Virus record (IMG/VR): IMGVR_UViG_2814123150_000002
Location: 5,321-69,320 of that record
DNA length: 64,000 bases
DNA from: a virus
Reading direction: 5' to 3' (one strand)
Within the stretch, counting starts at the first letter, position 1. Each line of letters opens with the position of its first letter. The position numbers were made by a program, and so were the translations under genes. This document shows positions 17,440 to 26,140 of this stretch, in pieces. The notes below the pieces were generated by a model. That model made no database searches and was not told the origin of the DNA. It saw nothing but the letters and a program-made list of their open reading frames with translations.

Positions 17440-19124
17440 TGGAATGGTCAACCGCCTGCCCAGATTGGGAACAGCGCATCGTTGCGCGCCAGAGCTTGAT
17501 TCCGTTCGAGCCGCTGTTCCCGACAGAGGCTGAGGAAGCCTTGGAAGTTTTCGGGGCGTTGCGCATGGTGGACGCCACTGGCAGTCCATTGATGTGCGAG
17601 ACCGTGCGTGACTGGGTCAACCAGTTCGTGGCCGCGATCTTCGGGGCCTACGACCCAGATTCAGGTCGGCGCCTTGTCAGCGAGTTCATGCTGCTGATCA
17701 GTAAAAAGAACGGCAAGTCGACCATCGCCGCCGGCATCATGCTAACAGCGCTGATCATCAACTGGCGGGCTTCAGGTGAGTTCATCATCCTCGCACCGAC
17801 CAAGGAGATCGCGGACAACTCCTACCTGCCGATCAGGGACATGGTGGCGGCCGACGACGAGCTCAAAGCCTTGCTCAAGGTGCAGGATCACCTGCGCACG
17901 GTGACGCACCGGCAGACAAATGCCACGCTCAAGGTAGTAGCAGCAGACAGCGAGACAGTGTCGGGCAAAAAGGCCATCGGCGTGTTCATCGACGAGCTGT
18001 GGGTGTTCGGCAAGCGCGCCAATGCCGAGGCGATGCTGAGAGAGGCCACCGGTGGCCTGGCATCCCGACCGGAGGGGTTCATCATCTGGGCCACCACCCA
18101 GTCCGACGCCCCGCCTGCTGGCGTGTTCCGCCAGAAGCTGATGTACGCCCGCAAAGTGCGCGACGGCGAGATCGTCGATAAATCGTTCCTGCCGGTGCTG
18201 TACGAGTTCCCCAAGGCAATGCTTGACGCCGGCGAACACCGGGACTTCTCCAACGCGTACATCACCAACCCTAACCTTGGGCTGTCGGTCGACGAACCTT
18301 TCATCGAGCGCGGTTACGCACAGGCCCAGCTGGACGGTGAGGAGTCGTTCCGCGGCTTCTTGGCCAAGCACCTGAACGTCGAGATCGGCTTGGCGCTGCT
18401 TTCGGATCGCTGGGCGGGTGCTGATTTCTGGGAGACACAGACCTCCGAGCTATGCCGGACGTTGGAAGACCTGATTGAGCGGTGTGAAGTGATCGATATC
18501 GGTGTCGATGGCGGGGGGCTGGATGACTTGCTTGGCTTTGCAGCACTCGGTCGAGAGCAGGGCACACGGCGTTGGCTGACCTGGACCCATGCTTGGGCCC
18601 ACCCATCAGTACTGGAGCGGCGTAAAGCAGAAGCGCCGCGCATCCGCGACTTCGCCAAGGATGGACACCTAACCCTGGTTGAACGCATCGGCGACGACAT
18701 CGAGGCGGTGGCGCAACTGGTGGCGTTGGTCGAACAGGCCGGCCTGCTGGACAAGGTCGGGCTGGACCCGGCCGGGGTCGGTGCGATTCTCGATGCCCTG
18801 GAAGCTGTTGGGATTCCGCGCGAAAAGATCGATGGCATTTCACAGGGCTGGCGCCTGGGCGGGGCAATCAAGACCGCCGAGCGCAAGCTGGCCGAGGGCA
18901 CGCTATTGCACGGCGGCCAGCCGATGATGGCCTGGTGCTGCGGTAACGCCAAGGTCGAGCCGCGCGGCAACTCGATCCTCATCACCAAGCAAGCCAGCGG
19001 CTCGGCCAAGATCGACCCGCTGATGGCGCTGTTCAACGCCGTGACGCTGATGGCCCTCAATCCAGAGGGGCAGGGCGGCATGGAAAACTTCATGGCCGGC
19101 ATTCGGGATCCACTGATCGCATGA
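17439..19124 (+). CDS. terL: Terminase large subunit
   Basis: KKNGKS Walker A, FIDELW, KIDPLMA. Confidence 0.95.
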   Translation: MEWSTACPDWEQRIVARQSLIPFEPLFPTEAEEALEVFGALRMVDATGSPLMCETVRDWVNQFVAAIFGAYDPDSGRRLVSEFMLLISKKNGKSTIAAGIMLTALIINWRASGEFIILAPTKEIADNSYLPIRDMVAADDELKALLKVQDHLRTVTHRQTNATLKVVAADSETVSGKKAIGVFIDELWVFGKRANAEAMLREATGGLASRPEGFIIWATTQSDAPPAGVFRQKLMYARKVRDGEIVDKSFLPVLYEFPKAMLDAGEHRDFSNAYITNPNLGLSVDEPFIERGYAQAQLDGEESFRGFLAKHLNVEIGLALLSDRWAGADFWETQTSELCRTLEDLIERCEVIDIGVDGGGLDDLLGFAALGREQGTRRWLTWTHAWAHPSVLERRKAEAPRIRDFAKDGHLTLVERIGDDIEAVAQLVALVEQAGLLDKVGLDPAGVGAILDALEAVGIPREKIDGISQGWRLGGAIKTAERKLAEGTLLHGGQPMMAWCCGNAKVEPRGNSILITKQASGSAKIDPLMALFNAVTLMALNPEGQGGMENFMAGIRDPLIA

Positions 19125-19282
19125 ACGCATTTCACTATTTCATCATCTGCGCCGTGTGCGGGTTCGGCCTAGCCTGCGCGGGTGTCTGGATGCTGGCAGG
19201 CACCGGCTGGGCGATGCTCGCCGGCTCCGGCAGCCTCTTCTGCATTGCAGCGTTCATTCGCCGAGGGCTGAGCAGTGATTAA
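19121..19282 (+). CDS. Small membrane protein
   Basis: Read by hand; hydrophobic 53 aa between terL and portal. Confidence 0.6.
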   Translation: MNAFHYFIICAVCGFGLACAGVWMLAGTGWAMLAGSGSLFCIAAFIRRGLSSD

Positions 19283-20576
19283 AACCCTCTCTCAAGCGCT
19301 CGGCACTGCAGCCGCCAAGCCCTCGGCAAGCATGAGCAGTTGGCTGGGCAAAAGCATTCGATTGTCGGACGGCGGGTTCTGGAGCGCCTTCTTGGGCGCC
19401 CAGTCCAGTAGCGGCAAGTCAGTCACGGTCGACAAAGCCATGCGCCTGTCGGCGGTCTGGGCCTGCGTTCGCATCATCTCCACCTCGGTCGCAGGCTTGC
19501 CACTCAGCATCTACCGGCGCCTCCCGGACGGCGGGCGCGAGACGGCGCGAGACTTCCCGCTCTACGACGTGGTGCACAACAGCCCGAATGAGGACATGGC
19601 GGCCTTCCACTTCTGGCAGGCGGTCGTCGCTTCGATGCTGCTGTGGGGCAATGCTTACTGTGAGATTCACCGATCCGGCGGGCGGGTCATCGCACTAGAC
19701 TTCCTGATGCCGTCGCGGGTAACTCCGGAGGCGGACGATGATGGTCGGCTGCGCTACTTTTTCCAGCCGCGCAAGGGCGCTCGCCGAGAGATTGCCCAGG
19801 GCGACATGTTGCACATCCCGGCCTTCACCCTGGATGGCCGGATGGGCCTCTCGGCAATTCGTTACGGCGCCGATGTATTCGGCTCGGCCATGTCGGCCGA
19901 CGATGCTGCCAATACCACCTTCAAGAACGGGATGATGCCCACCGTAGCTTTCTCGGTGGATAAGACGCTCAACCCCACTCAGCGTGCCGAATTTCGAGAC
20001 TACGTTAAGACGATTTCTGGCGCGCTCAATGCGGGTAAGAGCCCGGTGCTCGAGCAAGGCGTGAAGCCCGAGATGATCGGCATTAACCCGGCTGACGCCC
20101 AGCTGCTCGAGTCACGTGGGCACAGCATCGAGGAGATCTGCCGTTGGTTCGGCGTGCCGCCCTGGATGGTGATGAAAACTGACAAAGGCAGTAACTGGGG
20201 CACAGGCCTTGAGCAACAGCAAATCGCGTTCCTGACCTATTGCATCATGACCTACACGGCGCCAATCGAGCAGTGCGTGAACAAGCGATGCCTGACAGCG
20301 GTTGACCGGATCAAGCACTACGCGGAGTTTTCGCTGGAAGCCTTCCTGCGCGCTGACAGTGCCGGCCGTGCCGCCTACCTCAGCACCATGGGCCAAAACG
20401 GCTACATGACCCGAAACGAGGGTCGACACAAAGAGAACCTGCCCAGCATGCCTGGCGGCGACATCCTCACCGTGCAATCGAACCTGGTACCGCTTGACCA
20501 GCTGGGCAAACAAAACGACAGCCAAGCCGCGCGCGCGGCGCTGATGAACTGGCTCCAAAGCAACTCCGGGGAGTAA
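19275..20576 (+). CDS. HK97-family portal protein
   Basis: SAVWACV, LLWGNAY, EICRWFGVPP. Confidence 0.95.
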   Translation: MIKTLSQALGTAAAKPSASMSSWLGKSIRLSDGGFWSAFLGAQSSSGKSVTVDKAMRLSAVWACVRIISTSVAGLPLSIYRRLPDGGRETARDFPLYDVVHNSPNEDMAAFHFWQAVVASMLLWGNAYCEIHRSGGRVIALDFLMPSRVTPEADDDGRLRYFFQPRKGARREIAQGDMLHIPAFTLDGRMGLSAIRYGADVFGSAMSADDAANTTFKNGMMPTVAFSVDKTLNPTQRAEFRDYVKTISGALNAGKSPVLEQGVKPEMIGINPADAQLLESRGHSIEEICRWFGVPPWMVMKTDKGSNWGTGLEQQQIAFLTYCIMTYTAPIEQCVNKRCLTAVDRIKHYAEFSLEAFLRADSAGRAAYLSTMGQNGYMTRNEGRHKENLPSMPGGDILTVQSNLVPLDQLGKQNDSQAARAALMNWLQSNSGE

Positions 20577-20579
20577 CCC

Positions 20580-21437
20580 ATGAAACACAAGATCCAGTCT
20601 CGCGGCCTGCGCAGCGAGATGAGCCCGCGTGCGCTCGATAAATGGAACCCCGCCATCCAGGCGGCCGTGGAAAACACCTCGGAAACCATCACCATCTATG
20701 GCGTGATCGGTGAGGACTGGTACGGGGAGGGCGTTACCGTCAAGCGCATCGATGCAGCGCTGCGCGCGATCGGCGACCGCGAGGTGACGGTGTACATCAA
20801 CTCGCCCGGCGGCGACATGTTCGAAGGCATCGCCATCTACAACCGCCTGCGCGAACACAGCCAGAAGGTCACCACCAAGGTACTGGGCATGGCCGCCAGC
20901 GCGGCCTCGATCATCTACTTGGCCGGTACCGAGCGCCAGGTGGCCAGCAGCGCGTTCCTGATGATCCACAACTGCTGGACCTTCCTCTCCGGCAACCGCC
21001 ACTACCTGCGCGACGTATCGGACGACATGGAAGAGTTCGACGCCGCCATGGCCGACCTCTACGCCGAGACCAGCGGCCAGACTGTTGAGGACATGGCCGA
21101 GCTGATGGATGACGAGACGTTCATCCGCGGCAAGCGCGCGCTGGAGCTAGGGCTGGCCACCGGCCTGTTGGCGGCGACCGAGGTGACCGAGCGCGAAACC
21201 GAGGAAACCGGCCAGGCCAATGCCCTCAAGGCCATGGACGCAGCCCTGGCCAAAGCCGGAATGCCGCGCTCCGAGCGCCGCGAACTCTTCGCCACTTTCA
21301 AGTCTGGCATGCCTCGCGCTGCCAGCGGGAACACGCCGCGCGCTGTTCCGACCGGCACGCCAAGCGCTGCCGCGCCAGACCTCTCCGCCTCACTGAGCGC
21401 GGCAACCAATCTTCTCAATTCTCTGAAAGGAAAGTGA
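20580..21437 (+). CDS. ClpP-like head maturation protease
   Basis: INSPGG, AASAAS, MIHN. Confidence 0.92.
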   Translation: MKHKIQSRGLRSEMSPRALDKWNPAIQAAVENTSETITIYGVIGEDWYGEGVTVKRIDAALRAIGDREVTVYINSPGGDMFEGIAIYNRLREHSQKVTTKVLGMAASAASIIYLAGTERQVASSAFLMIHNCWTFLSGNRHYLRDVSDDMEEFDAAMADLYAETSGQTVEDMAELMDDETFIRGKRALELGLATGLLAATEVTERETEETGQANALKAMDAALAKAGMPRSERRELFATFKSGMPRAASGNTPRAVPTGTPSAAAPDLSASLSAATNLLNSLKGK

Positions 21438-21439
21438 CC

Positions 21440-22627
21440 ATGGACTACGAAGCCCAAGTCAAGGAATTCAACGCCACCCTCAAGGGCATTGGCGATCAGA
21501 TCAAGGCCCAGGCCGAGGCGGTCGACAAGCAAATTAAAGCCTCCGGTGCAATGAGCGAAGAAACTCGCGCCAAGGTCGACGAGCTGCTGACCAAGCAGGG
21601 CGAGATGTCGGCGCGCCTGCAGGAGGCCGAGCAGAAGCTGGTCAACGCCAGCCGCGCACCCGCTGACCGCCAAGAACTGCAGAAATCGGTCGGTGCTCTG
21701 GTCGTTGGCAGCGAAGAAATGCAGGACATGAATTCCTCCTTCCGTGGCTCGCGCCGCGTATCGGTGCCGCGCGCTGCTATCACCACGGCCACCGGTGGCG
21801 CTCTGACCACTGCGGATCGCCAGCCAGGCATCATCGCTCCGCCTCAGCGTCGCCTTACTATCCGCGACCTGGTGGCGCCGGGTACCACCGAGGCCAACTC
21901 CATCGAGTACGTGCGTGAAAGCGGTTTCACGAACAACGCTCAAACTGTCGCTGAGAACACGGCCAAGCCCTATTCGGACATCAAGTTCGAACTGGCCACG
22001 GCCAACGTGCGCACCATTGCGCACCTGTTCAAGGCCAGCCGCCAGATGCTCGACGACGCCCAGGCGCTGCAGAGCTACATCGATGCGCGTGCCCGTTACG
22101 GCCTGCTCATGGCCGAGGAGGCTCAGCTGCTGTATGGCAACGGTACCGGCGCCAACCTGCAGGGTCTCATGACGGTTGCCCAGCTGTACGCTGCCCCCGC
22201 TGGTGTGACCGTGACTGGCGAGCAGCGTATTGACCGCCTGCGCCTGGCACTGCTGCAGGCCGAGCTGGCCGAGTTCCCATCGGACGGCATCGTGCTCAAC
22301 CCCATCGACTGGGCCGCGATCGAGCTGACCAAGGATGGCGAAGGCCGCTACATCATCGGCGAGCCGCAAGACGGCACCACCCCGCGCCTGTGGAACCGCC
22401 CGGTCGTCTCGACACAGGCCATGACGCAGGATGACTTCCTGGTCGGCGCGTTCAAGCTGGGCGCCCAGATCTTCGACCGCATGGAAATCGAAGTGCTGAT
22501 CTCCACCGAGAACGACAAGGACTTCGAGAACAACATGGCGACGATCCGCGCCGAGGAACGCCTGGCCTTCGCCATCTACCGTGGCGAGGCCTTCGTTACC
22601 GGCCCGCTGACCGGCAGCGGTTCGTAA
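21440..22627 (+). CDS. HK97-fold major capsid protein
   Basis: Coiled-coil delta domain; RLWNRPVV, RAEERLA. Confidence 0.95.
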   Translation: MDYEAQVKEFNATLKGIGDQIKAQAEAVDKQIKASGAMSEETRAKVDELLTKQGEMSARLQEAEQKLVNASRAPADRQELQKSVGALVVGSEEMQDMNSSFRGSRRVSVPRAAITTATGGALTTADRQPGIIAPPQRRLTIRDLVAPGTTEANSIEYVRESGFTNNAQTVAENTAKPYSDIKFELATANVRTIAHLFKASRQMLDDAQALQSYIDARARYGLLMAEEAQLLYGNGTGANLQGLMTVAQLYAAPAGVTVTGEQRIDRLRLALLQAELAEFPSDGIVLNPIDWAAIELTKDGEGRYIIGEPQDGTTPRLWNRPVVSTQAMTQDDFLVGAFKLGAQIFDRMEIEVLISTENDKDFENNMATIRAEERLAFAIYRGEAFVTGPLTGSGS

Positions 22628-22676
22628 GCCTTCCACTTCAAAGGCGCCAGCGATGGCGCCGCATAGGAGCGACCCC

Positions 22677-23189
22677 ATGGCTAACACCAAGAAGCAGGGC
22701 AAACCCAGCACGGTACCTGAGCAGGCTGTACCAGCTCCCGCTGAGCAGGGGTTGGCCTTGCCGCCCAGCGGCAGCGACGCCAGCATTGTCAATGCGGCCG
22801 AGACCACTATGGCAACTGCCGGACCCGTTGCTGACCCTGGCGCCAATGCCGCACAGGAAGCGGGCAGCCCAACGAACGAGGTGCCGGTAGAGCTGGCGCC
22901 GATTGCCACCTCAGCCGATGATACTGCAGGTGCTGGCGCCTCGCTGAGCCAGCCGGGCCAGGCTGACGACGCGCTGCATGGCGCTACCGATGCGGCAGGG
23001 CTGGAAGAATCCACCTCGAGCGCCTCGGTCGGGTTGAACCCGGCCACGGTCGAGGTTTACCCGCTGCGCTCGTTCATGGACGAGGGCGAGCTGCGCCGGC
23101 GCGGCGGTCCGAGCTACCTGGTACCGCGGCTTCACGCCGAGGACCTCGAGCGGCGGAATCTGGTATCGCGCACTCCGCTGGAGGAGTGA
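22677..23189 (+). CDS. Ala/Pro-rich hypothetical virion protein
   Basis: RBS AGGAG; after capsid gene. Confidence 0.65.
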   Translation: MANTKKQGKPSTVPEQAVPAPAEQGLALPPSGSDASIVNAAETTMATAGPVADPGANAAQEAGSPTNEVPVELAPIATSADDTAGAGASLSQPGQADDALHGATDAAGLEESTSSASVGLNPATVEVYPLRSFMDEGELRRRGGPSYLVPRLHAEDLERRNLVSRTPLEE

Positions 23190-23192
23190 GAC

Positions 23193-23534
23193 ATGTCATT
23201 GATCAGCATGGCGCAGGCCCGCGCCCACCTTCGTGATCCAGACGATGACGACGATTATCTGCAGCTGCTGATCGACTCGGCCGAGCTCTCGGCAATGAAC
23301 TACCTCAACCGCCAGGTTTACGTCGATGCGCAATCAATGGCTGAGGCGACACTGGCAGGCCTAGCCGGGGAGAAGCCTATGCTCTGCAACGCATCGTTCA
23401 AGTCGGCGTGCCTTCTGATCCTGGGTCACCTCTACGCCAACCGGGAAGACGTGGTGACGGGGACAATCGCGACTGACCTGCCTCGAGGCTCGCAGGCCTT
23501 GCTGACCCCGTACCGGGTGGGGTGGGGAATATGA
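23193..23534 (+). CDS. Head-tail connector (gp6-like)
   Basis: HLR..DD..., HLYANRE, LLTPYR. Confidence 0.9.
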   Translation: MSLISMAQARAHLRDPDDDDDYLQLLIDSAELSAMNYLNRQVYVDAQSMAEATLAGLAGEKPMLCNASFKSACLLILGHLYANREDVVTGTIATDLPRGSQALLTPYRVGWGI

Positions 23535-23857
23535 GGGCCGGGCCGCTTCGTCATTTATTCGAAGTCAATTTCCGTCACGAGGAGCGCACCAAGTCTGGTG
23601 GGGCCGTGGTCACCTGGCTCCCTGCAGCTCGTCCAAAGATGTGGGGTGAAGTGCGTACACCCTCTGGGCGGATCATCGCTGTAGCTGAAAAGCTCAAAGC
23701 GATAGTTACAGCCGAGATCATCAGCAGGCCTCGAGCTGACATGGTGGCAGGCGTAAGGCTCAGCCGCCGGGGCGTCACGTATCAGGTCGAGGCTGTATTG
23801 CCAGACAACGAAAACACGCTGATGAGACTTCTTTGCTCATCGGTACCGAATCCATGA
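23531..23857 (+). CDS. Head closure/head-tail adaptor
   Basis: MRAGPLRH motif. Confidence 0.85.
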   Translation: MRAGPLRHLFEVNFRHEERTKSGGAVVTWLPAARPKMWGEVRTPSGRIIAVAEKLKAIVTAEIISRPRADMVAGVRLSRRGVTYQVEAVLPDNENTLMRLLCSSVPNP

Positions 23858-23865
23858 GGTGAACC

Positions 23866-24039
23866 ATGAAAATTCAAGCATTGGGGCCGCTGACCGGTGT
23901 ATCCGGCGAGCGCGAAAAGGGCGATATCTTCGAAGTGAAGAAGGAATACGGCGAAGGCCTGATCGCCCGCGGCTACGCGATCGAGGTCAAGGAAGATGCG
24001 GCCCAGGGAAAAACAGCCAAGGCCCAGGCCAAGGAGTAG
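23866..24039 (+). CDS. Small hypothetical protein (57 aa)
   Basis: Read by hand: MKIQALGPLTG...LIARGYA; RBS GAGG. Confidence 0.65.
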   Translation: MKIQALGPLTGVSGEREKGDIFEVKKEYGEGLIARGYAIEVKEDAAQGKTAKAQAKE

Positions 24040-24042
24040 GCC

Positions 24043-24543
24043 ATGGCCCGCCGCTCAAAGATGCGCGGCGATATCCGCCTACGGCGAACGTTGCGCAACA
24101 TCCACAAGAACATGGGCAACGAGCTGGCCCCGGCCATGCGCCATGCTGCCGAGCGGGTGCTGGCCACTCAGCAACAGCTGATGCCCAAGGATACGGGCGC
24201 TGCCGCCGCCGCGCTGAAGATCTACGTCGCGCCCAGCGGCCTTGATGCGCAGATTGGGATCAGGGGCAAGCGCGACAACCGCAAGTTCTTCTACCTGCGC
24301 TTCATCGAATACGGCACCAAGGGCTATATCGGCGGCAAACGAGCCGGGAACCGCAACCGGCGTGCGAACAACAAGAGCGACGGTACGCATTTCTTCGGAA
24401 AGTACCCGGACATTCCGGCCAGGCCGGCGCATCCGTGGCTTCGGCCCTCCATCGACGTGAACCGCGAGTACGTAATGGCTGACATCGAGACAGCCGTGCG
24501 CCGCACGCTGCGCAAGGCAAGCCAGGGGGTGGGCAATGGCTGA
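24043..24543 (+). CDS. HK97 gp10-like neck protein
   Basis: PKDTG, FIEYGT, PAHPWLRP. Confidence 0.88.
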   Translation: MARRSKMRGDIRLRRTLRNIHKNMGNELAPAMRHAAERVLATQQQLMPKDTGAAAAALKIYVAPSGLDAQIGIRGKRDNRKFFYLRFIEYGTKGYIGGKRAGNRNRRANNKSDGTHFFGKYPDIPARPAHPWLRPSIDVNREYVMADIETAVRRTLRKASQGVGNG

Positions 24544-24922
24544 CCCCTCGGTATCGCTCCAAGAGGCCATTTTTGCCAGGCTGCAGGCCGAAGTGAGCTG
24601 CCCGGTCTACGACGGTGCTCCCATGGACGCCGACATGCCCTATGTGTCGATCGACCGCGAGGTCTCAGTCAACGTCAGCCCGATATCAGGCCGTAAGCGC
24701 GAGCAGCGCCTGCTGTACCTGTCGGTCTGGTCAGACACGGTTGGCCAGGCAGAGGTGAAACGCATCAACGGAGACGTCATTGCCGCCCTGGACGAGCGCC
24801 CGCTGCCGCTGAGCGTCGGAAGGGCAGTCTCTGTGCGCGTCATCCAGTCGGACGCCCAGCGTGACGCTGACGGGGTTACCTACCAGGGATCGATCACCGT
24901 CCGCGTCATCACCACCCACTGA
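24536..24922 (+). CDS. Tail terminator (DUF3168)
   Basis: LQEAIFARL..VYDGAP..PYV. Confidence 0.82.
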   Translation: MADPSVSLQEAIFARLQAEVSCPVYDGAPMDADMPYVSIDREVSVNVSPISGRKREQRLLYLSVWSDTVGQAEVKRINGDVIAALDERPLPLSVGRAVSVRVIQSDAQRDADGVTYQGSITVRVITTH

Positions 24923-24976
24923 TCCACCTACCGGCCGCACCGCGGCTTTATCCACTGTGCCTTTGGAGGACTCCCC

Positions 24977-25477
24977 ATGGCCGAAGACAACCTGAATACA
25001 GCCGCCGGCTGCCGCCTTTACATTGGCGGCAAGACCGGCGCCGACACTGAAACCAAGTACAAAGCTGACACCTACGTCCGGGTGGGTGAGATCGAAGACC
25101 TCGGTGAGTTCGGCGACACTTTCAGCCCCGTCAACTTCACCTCCCTGGACAACGGCCGGGTGCGCAAATACAAGGGCACAGCCGATGCCGGTGACATGAC
25201 GATGGTTGTCGGCCTGGATAACGGCGATGTGGGCCAGAAAGCCGTGGCCGTGGCTCACAAGGACCGCGCCAAAGGTAACTACAACATCAAGGTCATCCTC
25301 AACGATGGCGATCCAGGAGCAACCCCTCCCATCTTGCCGACCACGTTCTACTTCGGGGCGCGGGTGATGAACAACAAGGTGGCGGCTGGTTCCGCTGACA
25401 ACGTCGTACGGCGTAACGTCACGCTGGGTATCAACACCGACATCCTCGAGATCGCGGCCGGTCCAGCTACCGCTTAA
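24977..25477 (+). CDS. Major tail tube protein
   Basis: GEFGD...RVRKYKGTADAG; position. Confidence 0.85.
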   Translation: MAEDNLNTAAGCRLYIGGKTGADTETKYKADTYVRVGEIEDLGEFGDTFSPVNFTSLDNGRVRKYKGTADAGDMTMVVGLDNGDVGQKAVAVAHKDRAKGNYNIKVILNDGDPGATPPILPTTFYFGARVMNNKVAAGSADNVVRRNVTLGINTDILEIAAGPATA

Positions 25478-25517
25478 TCGATGGGGCTGCGGCCCCGTCA
25501 ATTCGTGAGGAAAATTC

Positions 25518-25862
25518 ATGAGCGAAGCTTTGTACGGCACCATCACGCTGGTGGTCGGTGCGCGGACTTACACCCTGCGTCCAACGCTCGAAGCGGCACT
25601 TCTGATCGAGGCGCGATTTGGTGGCCTGCGCGGCGCGCTTGAGTCGATGCGGTTGATGAGCATTTCTTCCAGCGCCGACATCATCGTCGCTGGCGCAGGC
25701 CTGGGTGCTGACAAGCATGCCCAGGTAGCCACCGAGGTTTTCCAGACCGGTGTCGCCAAGGTCTCTACCCAGCTGATCGACTTCATCACCGTGCTGCTTA
25801 ACCCGGTACCGCCGAGCGTGGTAGCCCGGGGAAAGGACGAGGCGGACAGCACAGCGCCGTGA
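25518..25862 (+). CDS. Tail assembly chaperone (G-like)
   Basis: Position; slippery G GGA AAG at 25829-25835. Confidence 0.8.
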   Translation: MSEALYGTITLVVGARTYTLRPTLEAALLIEARFGGLRGALESMRLMSISSSADIIVAGAGLGADKHAQVATEVFQTGVAKVSTQLIDFITVLLNPVPPSVVARGKDEADSTAP

Positions 25863-26101
25863 AGGACGGTAGCTACGTCGATTATCTGTTCGGCGTAGCC
25901 ACTGGCTGGCTTGGCTGGCCGCCTGACACGGCGTGGCATACCCCTATACCGCAGCTGATGTTGGCGCTGGATGCGCGGATCGAATGGACCGGCCGCTGTC
26001 AGGCCCAGGGCAATGCATCTGGTCAAGCGACCGTAGCGCGTAAGCCTGGCAGCGTCGCTGACAAGCTGAAGGCCTTCTTCCGAGGTCGGCAGCCGGAATA
26101 A
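25859..26101 (+). CDS. Tail assembly chaperone T-part (reached by -1 frameshift)
   Basis: LGWPPDTAWHTP; open -1 frame from the slippery site. Confidence 0.78.
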   Translation: MKDGSYVDYLFGVATGWLGWPPDTAWHTPIPQLMLALDARIEWTGRCQAQGNASGQATVARKPGSVADKLKAFFRGRQPE

Positions 26102-26140
26102 GTCACCGCCGACCGGCGGTTTTTGTGCTTGGAGAAACGC

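Noticed and set aside
21059..23047. 662-aa minus-strand ORF, and similar long antisense ORFs at 10014-11342 and 33555-35699
   Set aside because: Shadow ORFs opposite well-supported genes in GC-rich DNA; no motifs.
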